A stretch of DNA of 64,000 nucleotides, taken from the human T2T-CHM13v2.0 reference genome, Homo sapiens. The stretch is taken from the NCBI RefSeq assembly GCF_009914755.1, contig NC_060929.1; one strand, 5' to 3'. The position numbers and the translations under genes were made by a program. Within the stretch, counting starts at the first letter, position 1. Every line of letters begins with the position of its first letter. Shown in pieces: positions 14,364 through 32,655 of this stretch. A model generated the notes under the pieces. It worked only from the letters and a program-made list of their open reading frames with translations. It searched no databases and was not told the origin of the DNA.

Positions 14364-14687
14364 AGCTACCATGCTAATACTTTACTGGGAAAATAAATTC
14401 TCAGGGAAACAAAAGTGAGGGTGGGGGGAAGGGAAATGAAATAGAGAAAGAGAGAGATCACACACAAGAGGGTGTGCTACCAAGCACACCACACTTTTGC
14501 AACAAATACAGCTCACTGCTCGGTTTCATGAATTGCATCTTAGAGCAATCCATAGATGGCAGGAAAGGAGAGCAACTGGTCCACTTGTGCCCTCCCATCT
14601 ACCATCATCTCTCAAAATCCTCTCCACAGAGTATTATCTCCCCAGTACCACCCGGACCCACTAGGCAGCCAGGAGGCAGCCAGAACC

Positions 14688-15035
14688 TGTAGTGGGTGTG
14701 CATGCACTGCCCAGGATCCGATCAGTACTCCCAAACCAGCACTCATTGGCCAGCTGCTGGGAGTATGGTCATTTGACAGCTCTCAGCTGAGGCCTCCTGT
14801 GGGAACTTCAGACAGAGGGAGAGAGCCACCTCACCTAAGGCTGCACTCACCCTCCCCAATAGCAACCTGTGTCCAGAGACTGGTTGATGAGGGACACAAA
14901 GTCCAGTCCCATTGCCTCAATTTGGGACAACTCTGAAGGGCCATCCTAACACATGACCACATTCTGCCATCGGTTGTGGCCTTTGCCACAAAGTCATCAT
15001 GATTCATCTCCTCCCTCACTCCAACCCTGCTTTGC
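14688..15035 (+). mobile_element. LTR16A-like ERVL LTR
   Basis: Starts 'tgtagtgg'; contains 'cagctgctgggagt', 'ctctcagctgag' and 'ttgcctcaatttgggacaactctgaagggccatcc'. Confidence 0.75.
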
Positions 15036-15663
15036 TATGTAGAAATAGCCTGACCCTAAATCTCAGGGTTACACAAAAGAATTTAAAATAAAGGAAAGGA
15101 AAAAATTAAAAGGTCTACTATTCCTCTGTTCCCTACCATTGTTATTTGATGTGATCAAATGCTTTATGTCATTCTGCTTTAAATTCAAATCACTCTAGTA
15201 AGGACAAAGAGAACCATTGCTATTTCCTGATTACTCACCCCCAAAAAAATGACTACATATGAGCATGTATATCAAGTGGCTAAGTTAAACTTCTAAGTAT
15301 TGAAATGAAACAGCAATAGTAGTCATTTAAAAAGAAAAACTATTAATCTTCCAGGGCACCTCCACCTTATCAGACTTACTCTGACTCTCCCAGAATGAGA
15401 GGGCCTAACAAGAGTCCATAAGTAAATGTCTTATCCACATTTAAGCAGAATCCCAGGAGAGCCTTTTGTTTTTTCTATTTTTCAAACTTCTAACACTCCC
15501 TGTGCATATGATGATAGCTCTAAGTTCTTAGTATTCTGTCATTCCTTCCCCTTTACACAAAGCCAGCTCTGAGCACACGCTGTTCAAAAATATACTTGTT
15601 TTCTGCCTTCACCGGTCAATTTCCCTGCTTGCTTATCAGCAGATGTAAGAGATGCCTGATGTA

Positions 15664-15711
15664 CCATTGAAAGTAATGGCAAAAACTGCACTTACTTTTG
15701 CACCATCCTAA
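15664..15711. mobile_element. Partial MADE1 (Hsmar1-derived MITE), one TIR only
   Basis: 'ccattgaaagtaatggcaaaaactgcacttacttttgcaccatcctaa' followed by TA. Confidence 0.8.
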
Positions 15712-16194
15712 TATCTGGTCTATATAACATAAAAGAGAAACCACATCTAAATAATCATTCAGTAGAAAAGATCCACTTTGAGACCTGGATTGCCAATATT
15801 CATTGTTGACACTAATCCAATAGATTTATTATATAATCGTCTATTTTTCCTTTCTCATATTGCTTTTCCCAATCTCTTTCTGCTGTAGGTGGCTGTCTGC
15901 CCACAACAAGGTTATTAAACCTCCTTCTTCTCTGCAGTCTGGATCATGCTATATTGAATTGGTGAAGTATTGGATTTCCTTCTGTCCACCACATTTTAAC
16001 CCGAATGGAGAAAACCAGTACATCACCAAAAGAGGACACAGTAATGGGAAGACTTTTTATAAAGTGCCCTAAAAAAAGAACAATGAAAGAACTAGAAGCA
16101 CTTGATCCAGAGAAGAAATGAGTCAAAGTTGTCTTTCAATATATAGAAGAGTGTGTTAGGTCAAGAGAGCAGGTATATTCTTTGTGGATATATA

Positions 16195-16630
16195 TCCATT
16201 TAGGTTTTTGGTGGCAAAAAGTAGAAACCAACTGGTTAATATAAAAAGACAAGGAATAAAAGGAGGATAAAAAAGAGAAGGAAAAACTGAAGTGGAACAA
16301 AAATCATCACTCATTGGAAGTGTATGAAGTAATTCAAAGAATGAAAGGAAAACTGACTATTAGGCTCCAAAACAATGGGAAATATGGCAGGTCCAGGAAC
16401 CTAGGTCATAGCTGTGGTTAACAAGATTATGTAGCTACTGTTTTTCCTCCCTTTATTTCAAATTCTTGATAACAAGCTTCCATTTGATCTACCTTGTGTC
16501 ACACGCCTACCACTGGAGTCGTAAACGGTGAAGAGGCTTGGCTGGCAGCTTCAACCAGCCCACCTCCAGTAGAAGACAAGTTAGTCATCCAAGGAAAAAT
16601 CAGGTATTGTGCCCAAAGGAAGAGGGGAGG
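16195..16630 (-). mobile_element. Ancient MaLR/ERVL LTR fragment (MLT1N/O-like)
   Basis: 'ttaggtttttggtggcaaaaagtagaaaccaactgg...attggaag...attcaaagaatgaaagg'; highly diverged. Confidence 0.4.
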
Positions 16631-16649
16631 AATCTTGAGTAATCCAAGT

Positions 16650-16837
16650 CAAAACTACTCAAAGGTAATCTGCAGCCCAGTAGCAGCAGCAGCAGCAGCA
16701 GAGACATAACCTGGAAGCTTGTTAGAAATGAAAATTATCTGGCAGAACTTCAGACCCATTGATCAGAATGTTTGGGGATGGGCCCCATGAATCTGTACTG
16801 TAACAAGTTTTCAAGCATGCTAAAGTTTGAGAAGCTC
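16650..16837. mobile_element. MER5A (hAT-Charlie), with a short (CAG)n expansion
   Basis: 'ctactcaaag...cagcagcagc...acctggaagcttgttagaaatg...aatctgt...taacaag...ctaaagtttgagaagc'. Confidence 0.8.
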
Positions 16838-16910
16838 GAATCCAATCATACCTATTCCAAGTTCCAAAGCATAAGATTAGAACAAACAGGTTAAAACTTA
16901 AAAGATGCTC

Positions 16911-18041
16911 TTCTTGATTTGACTCTCAGCTTGTTATTTGTGTTATTGCTGATAGAAATGTACTGATTTCTGTATAGAAATGTACTGATTTTAGTACATT
17001 GCTTTTGTATCCTGAAACTTTAGAATTGCTAAAGTTGTTCAGCAATTCTAGGAGCCTTTTTGTGGAATCTTTAAGGTTTTCTCAGTATAGAATCATACTG
17101 TCAGTGAAATGCTATCTGAATAGAGATAGTTTGACTTCTTTATTTCCTGTTTTAATGCTTTTTATCTCTTTCTCTTGTCTGATTGCCCTGGCTAGGATTT
17201 CCAGTACTATATTGAATAGCAGTGTTAAGAGTGGTCATCCTTGTCTTGTTCTAGTTCCCAAGGGGAATGGTTCCATCTTTTGCCCATTCAGTCTCATATT
17301 AGCTGTGAGTTTGTCATAGATGATTCTTCTTATTTTGAGGTATGTTCCTTCAGTGCTTAGTCTCCTGAGGGTATTTATCATGAAAGGATGTTGAATTTTA
17401 TTGAAATCTTTTTCTGCATCCATTGAGATGATCATATGGGTTTTAATTTTAATTCTGTTTATGTGGCAAATCACATGTATTGATTTCTGTATGTTAAACC
17501 AACCTTGCATCCCAGGAAGAATGCCTATTTTGCTGTTGTGAATTAACTTTTTATATGCTACTGAATGTGGTTTGCTAGTATTTTGTCAATGGTTTTTATG
17601 TCTACATTGATCAGGAATATTGGCCTGAAGTTTTCCTGTTTTCTTGTGTCTTTGTCAGATTCTGGTATCAGGCTGTTGCTGGCTTCATAGAGTGGGCTAG
17701 GGAGGAAGCTCTCCTCATCAATTTTTTGGAATAATTTCAAAAAATAGCTGTTCTTTTTACAGCTGGTAGAATTTGGCTATGAATCCATATGGTCCAGGGC
17801 TTTTTTTTTTTTTGGTTGGTAGATTTTTTTAATTACTGATTCAATTTTAAAATTCAATATTGGACTATTCAATATTTCAATATCTTCCTGATTCAATCTT
17901 GGAAGATTCTGTGTTTCCAAGAATTTACACATTTTCTGCAGACTTTCTAATTTGTTTATACAGAGCTGTTCATAGTAGTCTCTGAGGATATTTTGTATTT
18001 TTGTGGGATCAGTTGTAATATCATTTTTATTATTTCTGATT
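16911..18041 (-). mobile_element. Inverted 5' segment of an L1PA16/L1PB-type LINE-1
   Basis: Minus ORFs 17235-17510 and 17558-17740 are ORF2 RT-region peptides; strand switches at about 18042. Confidence 0.85.
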
Positions 18042-19590
18042 TAACAATCCCATTTACAAAAGCCACAAATAAAATGAAATACATAGGAATACAGCTAACC
18101 AAAGAGGTGAAAGATCTCTACAAGGAGAACTATAAAACACTGCTGAAAGAAATCAGATATGACACAAATAAATGGAAAAATATTCCATGCTTGTTGATTG
18201 GAAGAATCAATGTCATTAAAATGACCATACTGCTCACAACTATTTACAGATTCAATGCTATTTCTGTCAAATTACAAAAGTCATTTTTCATAGAATTAGA
18301 AAAATTTATCATAAAATTTATATGGAACCAAAAAAGAGCCTGAATAACTAAATCACTCATAAGAAAAATAAAACAACAGAGATATCACATTATCAAAAGG
18401 CTAGAGTAATCAAAACAGCATGATACCAGTATAAAAGCAGACACACAGATCAATGGAACAGAAAAGAAAACTGAAAAATAAAGTTGCACACCTACAACCA
18501 TCTGATACTCAACAAGGCTGACAAAAATAAGCAATGAAGAAAGGCCTTCCTATTTGATAAATGTGCTGGGATAACTGGCTATCCATATACAGAAGAATGA
18601 ACCTGATCCCCTGCATTTTACCATATACAAAAATTAATTCAAAATGGATTACAGATTTAAATTTAAGACCTCACATTTTCATATAAGCAAATCAACACAA
18701 GAACAGAAAACCAAATACCACATTTTCTTATTTATAAGTTAGAATGTAAGACCTCAAACGATAAAAATCCGAGAAGAGAGCCTAGGAAATACCCTTGTCA
18801 ACAGGAGCCTTAGTGAAGAATCTTTGAAAAAAATCCTCAAAAGCAATTGCAACAAAAACAAAAATTGACAAGTGGGACATAATTAAACCAAAGAGCTTCT
18901 GCATACCAAAAGAAACTATCAAAAGAGTAAACAGACAACCTACATAATGGGAGAAAATAGTCACAAACTATGTACCCAACAAAGGTCTAATATCCAGCAT
19001 CTATAAGAAACTGAAATCAACAAAGAAAAAACAAGTACCCCACTAAAAATGGGCAAAGGATGTGAACAGTTGCTTCTCGAAAGATGACATAGAAGCAGCC
19101 AAGAAACATGAAAAAAAAATGCTCATTATCACTAATGATCAGAAGAATACTAATCAAAACCATAATGGGATACCGCCTCGCATCAGTGAGAATAGCTACT
19201 ATTAAAAAGGCAAAAAGCAATAGATGCCAGTGAGGCTGTAGAAAAAAAGGAAACACTCATACACTGTTGATAAAAGTGTAAATTAGTTCAGCCACTGTGG
19301 AAAGCAGTTTAGAGATTTCTCAAACATAAAACAGAGCTACCATTCAACCCAGCAATCGCAGTACTAGGTATGTACTCAAACAAAAATAAAGCATTCTATC
19401 AAAAACACACATACACTCATATATTTATCACCATGCTTATTCATAATAGCAAAGACATGGAATCAACCTAGGTGCCCATCAACAGTAGATGGGATAAAGA
19501 AAGTGTGGTACACATACAACATGAAATACTATTCAGCCATAGAAAAAAATAAAATCTTGTCCTTTGCAGCTACATGGAAGGAACTGAAGA
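18042..19590 (+). mobile_element. Sense segment of the same LINE-1, truncated at 19590 (no 3'UTR or poly(A))
   Basis: ORF 17993-18343 becomes [29 protein letters not shown]; homology runs to 'gcagctacatggaaggaactgaaga'. Confidence 0.9.
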
Positions 19591-19721
19591 TTTTCATATT
19601 TGTTTGCCATTTGTATGTGTTCTTTTGAGAAATGCCTATTCAGATCTTTTGCCGATTTTAAAATCAGATTATTAGATTTTTTTTCTGTTCAGTTGTTTGA
19701 GCTCCTTATATACTATGGTTA

Positions 19722-20097
19722 TGTATTAGTCCATTCTCATACTGCTATGAAGAAATACCTGAGACTGGGTAATTTATAAAGGAAAGAAGTTTAATTGACT
19801 CACAGTTCTGCATTGCCCGGGAGGCCTCAGGAAACTTACAATCATGGTGGAAGGCAAAGGAAAAGCAGGCACCTTCTTCACAGGGCAGCAGGATGGAGTG
19901 AGTGCAAGCAAAGGAAATGCCAGGTGCTTAGAAAAACATCAGATTTCATGAGACTCACTCATTTTCAAGAGAATAGCATGGAGGAAACCACCCCCATGAT
20001 TCAATTACCTCCACCTGGTCCCACCCTTGACATGTGCAGATTATGGGGATTACAACTCAAGGTGAGATTTGTGTGGGGACACAGAGCCAAAACCTTA
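19722..20097 (-). mobile_element. THE1D-like MaLR solo LTR
   Basis: 'tgtattagtccattctcatactgct...ggcctcaggaaacttacaatcatgg...gacacagagccaaa'. Confidence 0.9.
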
Positions 20098-21990
20098 TTA
20101 ATCCCTTGTCAGACAGATAGTTTGAAAATATTATCTTCCATTTTGTGGGTTATTTCTTCACGTTGTTAATTGTTTCCTTTGCTGTGCAGAAGCTCTTTAA
20201 TTTGATGTGATCCCATTTGTCTATGTTTCCTTTTGTTGCCTATGCTTACAGGGTACTACTCAAGAAATGTTTTCCCCGACCAATGTTCTGGAGAGTTCCT
20301 CCTAGTTTTCTTTTAAAAGTTTCATAGTTTGAGATCTTAGATGTAAGTATTTAATCCATTTTGATTTGATGTTTGTATATTGTGAGAAATCTAGTTTCAT
20401 TCTTCTGCATATGATATCCAGTTTCCCCAGCACCATTTATTAGAGAGACTGAGCTTTCCCTAATGGATATTTTTGGCACCTTTTATCAAAAATGAGTTCA
20501 CTGTAGATGTGTAGATTTCTTTCTGGGCTCTCTATTCAGTTTTATTGGTCTATGTGTCTGTTTTCATGACAGTACCATGCTGCTTTGGTTACTATAGTTC
20601 TGTAGTAACCAATCCAGTTAATGTAATTCCTTCAGTTTTGTTCTTTTTGCTCAGGAGATCTTCAAATATTCTAGGTCTTTTGTGGTTCCATATAAATTTC
20701 AGGATTGCTTTTTCTATTTCTGTGCACAATGTCATTAGTATTTTGATAGAGATTTTATTGAATCTGTAGATTGCTGTGGGTAGTGTGGACATTTCAATAA
20801 TATTGATTCTTCCAATTCAAAAGCATGGACTATCTTTACATTTTTATGTCCTCTTCAATTTCTTTCATCAGTGTTTTACAGTTTTCATTGTGGAGATCTT
20901 TTGCTTCTTTGGTTAAATTTATTCCTAAGCATATTATATTATTTATAGCTATTGTAAATGGGGTTATTTTATTAGTTTTTCATATTGTTCAGTATTAACA
21001 TATAGAAATGCTACAGATATTTGTGTGCTGACCTTCTAGCCTGTCATTTTACAGAATTTTTTTTATAACTTCTAATAGCCTTTAGGTTTTCCCGAATACA
21101 ACGATTGTATAATTTTCAAACAAAGATTATTTGAATTCTTCCTTTCCAATTTGAACGCTGTGTATTTCTTTCCAGTACTACATTGAATAAATGTGATAAA
21201 AGAGGGCATCCTTGATCTACATCTTAGAGGAAAGGCTTTCAGTTTTTCCCCATCCAGTGTGACACTAGCTGTGAATTTGTCGTATCTCTTTTATTTTGTT
21301 GAGGTATGTTTCTTCTACAGCCAGTTTTTGAAGGATTTTATCATGAAGGGATGTTGAATGTTATCAAATGCATTTCCAGCATCAGTTTAAATGACTGGCC
21401 TGTAATTTCCTTCTTTTGATGTGACTTTTTCTGGTTTTGGTATCAGGGTAATACTGGCCTCAGAATTAGTTGGAAGTATTTCCTTCTCTATTTTTTGGAA
21501 TAGTTTGAAGATGGTTGTTATTAGTTCTTTTTTAAGTGCTCAGTAAAATTCTACAATGAAGACATTGGGTGCTGGACTTCTCTTCACTGGGAGACTTTTT
21601 ATTACGGCTCCAATCTTTTTATTAGTATGTTGAGGTTTTATATTTCTTCATGGTTCAATTTTGCTGGGTTATATGTGCCTAGGAATTAATCTATTTATTC
21701 TAGGCTTTTCAATTTACTGGCATATAGTTGTTCATAGTAACCTCTAATAATTTTTTTAATTTCTTCGTATCAATAGTAATGTCTTCTTTTCCATCTGTCA
21801 TTTTATTTTTGTCTTCTCTTTTTTCTTAACTTAGCTAAACATTTCCTAATTTTGTTTGTTTTCAAAACACAAACTTTTTGCTTTGTTAATGTTTGAATTT
21901 TGTTTTAAATTTATGTATTTATTCTGTCATCTTTATTGTTCTCTTCTTCTAAATTTGGATTGGGTTTGCTCTTGCATTTCTAGTTTTTAA

Positions 21991-26800
<4,810 letters not shown>

Positions 26801-28527
26801 TTAAGATGCATCACTAGGTTTTTTATTTGAAGTTTTTCTACTTTTTTGATATACATGCTTATTGCTATAAACTTTCTTCTTACTACTGCTTTCACTGTAT
26901 ATCATAGGTTTTGGTAGGTTGCGTTTCCATTTTGTTTCAATAATTTTTAAAATTTTCTTAATTTCTTCACTGACCCACTGGTCATTCAGGAGCATATTAA
27001 TTTCCATTTGTCTGCACAGTTTTCAAAGTTCCAATGGTTGTTCATTGATAGTTTTATTCCTTTGCAGTCAAAGAAGATACTTGATATAATTTTAATTTTT
27101 TTGAATTTTTAATACTTGTTTTGTGCCCTAACACATGGTTTATCCTTGAGAAAGTCCGTGTACTAAGAAGAAGAATATGTATTCTGCAGCCATTAGATGA
27201 AATGTTCTTCAAATATATATTAGAAACATTTGGTATATAGTGCAGATTAAGTTCAATGTTTCTTTGCTGATTTTCTGTCTGGAGATCTGTTCAATGCTGA
27301 AAGTAGGGTGTTGAAGTCTCCAACTTTTATTGTACTGAGGTCTATGTCTCTTTAGCTTTAAGAATATTTACTTCATATATCTGGGTGCTCCTCTGTTTGG
27401 TGCATATATATTTAATATTATGATATCCTCTTGCTAAATTGACTTATCCTTATATAATGTCTTTCTTTTTATAACATAAGGCACTTAAATATGTTTCTCT
27501 TTAAATCTATTTTGTCTGATATAAGCATAGCTACTCCTGCTCTTTTTTGGTTTCAATTTACATGCACTGGAATTTTCCGTTCTTTATATTCAGTATATGT
27601 GTGTATTTATAAGTGTGTTACTTACAGGCAATAGATCATTTGGTATTATTTTCTTATTCATTCAGCCACTCTACATCTCGAATGGACAATTCAGTCTATT
27701 TACATTAATGTTATTATTAATAAGAACTTATTCCTGCCAGTTTATGTTTTCTGGATTTTTCTTTTTGGTCTTCTCTTTCTTCTTCTTTTCCTTCCTGTTT
27801 TCATTTTAATAAAGATTATTTTCTCTGGTGGTGTGTTTTAACTTCTTGCTTTTTACTTTTTGTGTATCTGATCTATTTTTTTATTTGAGGTTACCATGAG
27901 GCTCACAAATAATATCTTATAACCCATTATTTTACACTAAAAATAACATCAATTGCTTGAACAAACTAACAAGCAAGAGAAAACGAACAAAACTCTGCAC
28001 ATTAACTTCATTCTTCTGCCTTTTAACTTTTTGTTGTTTCTATTTGTATCTTATTATATTGTGTATGTCTTGAAGAGTTGTTGTATTTACCTTTAGTTTT
28101 TCTACTCAATATATGAGTAGTTTCCACATCACAATTACAGTGTTATAATATTCTGTGTTTTTGTGTGTACTATTAGCAGTGAGTTTTATGCCTTTTTTTA
28201 TTACTCATTAACATCCTTTGCTTTCAGACTGAAGAACGCCTTTAGCATTTCTTGTAGGACAGGTCGGGTGTTGATGAAATCCCTCAGCTTTTATTTGTCT
28301 GGGAAAGTCTTTAGTTCTCTTTCATATTAGAAGGATATTTTTGCTGGATATACTATTCTAGGATAAAAGTGTCTTTTTTCCTTCAGCACTTAAATATGTC
28401 ACGCCACTCTCCTAGCCTATAAGATATCTACTGAGAACTCTGCTGCCAGATGCCTTGGAGTTCCATTTAATGTTGCTACTTTTATCTGGCTGCTTTTAGA
28501 ATTGATTTTAGGGTTGCTTTTAGGATG

Positions 28528-28858
28528 CCATCCTTCCTTTCTTCCTTCCTTTCTTCCTTCTTTTCTTTCTTCTTTTCTTCCTTTTTCCCTCCCTCTTTCT
28601 TTCAGGCACAGAATCTTGCTCTGTCACCCCAGCTGTATTGCAGTAATGCAATCATACCTGGTGCCTGGGTTCAAGTGATCCTCCGACTTCATACTTCTGA
28701 GAAGATGGGGCCACAGGCATAAACCACTATGCCTGCCTAAATTTTTTACAGACAGGATCTCTCTATGTTGCCCAGGCTTGTCTCAAACTCCTGGGCTCAA
28801 GCAATCCTCTCAACTTAGCCTCCCAAGTTGCTGCAATTACAGGCGTGAGCCACCTGGC
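28528..28858 (-). mobile_element. Diverged AluJ with (TTCC/TTTC)-type tail
   Basis: 'tcttgctctgtcacc...tgttgcccaggcttgtctcaaactcctgggctcaagcaatcctc...ttacaggcgtgagccacc' preceded by a CT-rich tract. Confidence 0.85.
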
Positions 28859-30157
28859 TCCTTTCTTTATTTTTCACCTTGGAGTGTTTGATTATTAAAT
28901 ATCTTAAGGCAGTCTTATTTGAGTTAAATGTGCTTGGTGTTCTAAAAATTTTTTTGTACTTGAATAGTGATATCTTTTTTCAGGTTTGGGAAGTTCTCCG
29001 TTATTATCTATTTGAATAAATTTTCTGCTTCCATCTCTCTCTACCTCCGCCTTAAGGCCAATAACACTTAGATTTGCCCTTTTGAGGCTCTTTTATAGAT
29101 CTTGATGGCATGCTTAAATTTTTAAAATTGATATTTGTTTTGTCACTCTGACTGTGTATTTTCAAATAGCGTGTCTTCAAGCTCACCAATTCTTTCCTCT
29201 GCTTGATCAATTCTGCTTTTAAAAGACTTTGGTGCATGCTTCAGTATGACAATTGCATTTTTCACCTGCAAAATTTTTGCTTGATTCTTTCTAATTATTT
29301 CAATATTTTTATTAAATTTCTCTCATAGGATTCTAAATTCCTTCTCTGCATATTCTTTAATTTCATTGAGCTTCCTCAAAACAGTTATTTCAAATTCTCT
29401 GTCTGAAAGGTCACCTATCTCTGCCACTCCAGTATTGGTCCCTGGTGCCTTATTTAGTTCATTTGGTAAGGTCATATTTTCCTGGATGGTCCTGATGCTT
29501 GTGGATGTTTGTGAGTGTCTGGGCATTGACGTTAAATATATATTGTAGTCTTCATAGTCCAGGCTTCATTGTACCCATCCTTCTTGGGAAGGCTTTCTAA
29601 ATGTTTCAAGAGACTTGGGCATTATGATTTAAGTCTTTGGTCACTGGAGCCATATATGCATTAGGGGGCACCCTAAGCCCAGTAAAGTCATGGCTCTTGC
29701 AGACTCATAGATGTACTGACTTGGTGGTCTTGGGTAAGATCTGGGAAAATTCCCTGGATTATCGGTCAGAGACTCCTATTCTCTTATTTTCCCCCAAACA
29801 AACAAGAGTCTATCTCTCTGTGCTGAGCTGCCTGAAGCTGTCAGAGGGGTGACATAAGCACCCCTGTGGCCAACACCACTAGGACTGCTCTGGGTTAGAT
29901 CTGATGCCAACTTAGCAATGGGTCTCACCCAAGCCCCAAAGTGACAAATGGCTGGCTACTACCTATGTTCACTCACGGCCCAAGGACCCTATAATCAGAA
30001 GGTAGTGCATCCCTTCAAGCTTGTCTCCTTCCCTTCAGGGTGGAGTTCCCCCTGACCCCAGACATGTCAGAAATGCTGTCTATGAGCCAGGCCCTGGGGT
30101 AAGCAACATTAAGAATTTACCTGGTGCTGTATTCTACTGCAACTGAGCTGGCACTGA

Positions 30158-30301
<144 letters not shown>

Positions 30302-32023
30302 TGAAGTGAATTCTGCCAGGCCTGAGTCTCTCCCTTAAGGGCAGTGGGCTCCCCTCTGGCCCAGGCAGAGCAAGTCCAGAAATGCCACAGAGGAACCAAG
30401 GCCTGAAATCAGAGACCCCAGAAGCCTACTTGGTGCTCTACCCCACTGTGGCTGAGTTGATACCTAAGCTACAGGACAAAGTCCCCTTTAGTCTTCCCTC
30501 TCTTTCCTCAAGCAGGAGGAGTCTCTTCCCTTAGCCACAGCTGAGAATGTGCTGGGTGACACCTGAAACCACAATGGCTCTGAGTCTTGCCCATGGCCTA
30601 CAGCAAGTACTGCCTGGCTACCACTGCAGATTATTCAGAGCCGAAAAGCTCTTTAGTTAGCAGGTAATGGATCCTGCCAGGACTAATTCCTTCCCTTCAA
30701 GGCAATGGGTTACCTTCTGGCCCAGGGCATGTTCAGAAATGTCTTCCAAAAAGTAGGGCCTGAAATGGGGGCCTCTAGACTCTGCCTGATGCCCTATTCT
30801 ACTGTGGCTGAGCTGGTATCTAAATTCCAACAAAAAGTCCTCTTTACTCTCTTCTCTCCTCAAGCAGAGAAAAGAAGTCTCTCCCAGAGCTGTGAGGTGT
30901 ACTACCTAGGTTTAGGGGAGCAGTGATGCAAACACTCCCTTTGCCTCCCCAGCTGGTGGCTCACTGGGTTGTGTGCACCCCAAGTTCACTGGCTCTGATC
31001 CCAGCACAGCACCAGGACTTTTCCAGGAATTGCCCAGGAATTGCAGTCCCTGTGGCTTACAATGTCTTTCAAGTTTATTTAGAACCCCAGAGCTAAAGCC
31101 TGTGGTGACAGGACTTTCCAGAGCTCAGGTTTCATTCATTGGATGAACAATTTACCTCTGGCTAGGTCTAATGTCAATGTTCCCTCTGTGGGTTCTGGCT
31201 GAGTTCTGTCGTGTGACACTCTTTGCCGTGACAGAACAACAGTGACTCCAATGAGTCCCACAATCACAACACTCTTCCTCCCCCAAGCACACAGATTCTC
31301 TCCATGTCACACTGCCAGGGGAAGGGAGAGGGGTGGTGCAAGCAATTTAAGACTTTCTGTCTTACCCTCTTCTGTACCTCTTTCCTTAATATAATATTAA
31401 CACCAGGTACTGTGATCACACACTTGATTTTTGGTTCTTATAAAGTGTTGGACAGTTGTTCAATTTAGTGTTTCTGCAGGGGGCATGATTGCTGGAGGCT
31501 TCTACTTGACTGTTTTGCTCCACTTCTACATTCAGGCATAAAAATATTATAATTTCAACTTCTATTTTAGATTAAGGGGGTGCATATACAGGTTTGTTAA
31601 CGTAGGAATATTGCATGATGCTAAGGAGTGGAGTGTGTCCGATTCCATCACTTAGGAAGTGAACATAGTACACAGTAGGTAATTTTTCAGCCCTTTTCCC
31701 CTTCTGTGCCTCCTTGCTCTAGTAGGCCCCAGTGTCTATTGTTCCTGTCTTTGTTTCCATGTGTGCTCAATGTTTAGCTCCTACTTATAAGTTAGAAAAT
31801 ATGGCATTTGGTTTCCTGTTCTTCTGTCAATTCACTTAGGATAATGGCCTCCAGCTGCATCGATGTTGTCTAAATGACAAGATTTTATTCTTTTTTATGG
31901 CTGCATAGTATCCCATGGTGTAGATGTACCATATTTTCTTTATCCAATCCACCAGTTATAGGCACTCAGGGTGATTCCATGTCTTTGCTATTGAAAATAG
32001 TGTGCTGATGAACATGCAAGTGA

Positions 32024-32343
<320 letters not shown>

Positions 32344-32419
32344 TCGAATAATCTATTTTTTGATACATACCTAGTAATGGGATTGCTGGGTTGAATGGTC
32401 ACTCTGTTTCAAGTTGTTT

Positions 32420-32655
32420 GAGATCTCATGAGATCTGATGGTTTTATAAGCATCTGGCATTTCTTCTGCTTGCACTCGCTCCATCCTGCCACGCTGTGAA
32501 GCAGGTGCATGCTTCTCCTTTGCCTTCCACCATGATTGTAAGTTTCCTGAGGCCTCCCTGGCAATGCAGAACTGTCAGTCAATTAAGCTTCTTTCTTTTA
32601 TAAATTACACACTCCTGGGTATTTCTTCATAGCAGCATGAGAACAGACTAATACA
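32420..32655 (+). mobile_element. Partial THE1D-like LTR (inverted copy of 19722-19956)
   Basis: Reverse complement aligns with 19722-19956 and ends 'gactaataca'. Confidence 0.9.

Larger units (their letters stand above)
13885..14680 (-). mobile_element. LTR16-like ERVL LTR, interrupted by an MLT1 LTR
   Basis: 'gggttttctaaaaaacagagact' resumes after 14363 as 'tttactgggaaaa...cagggaaacaaaagtgaggg...agggtgtgctaccaagc', resembling antisense LTR16. Confidence 0.5.
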
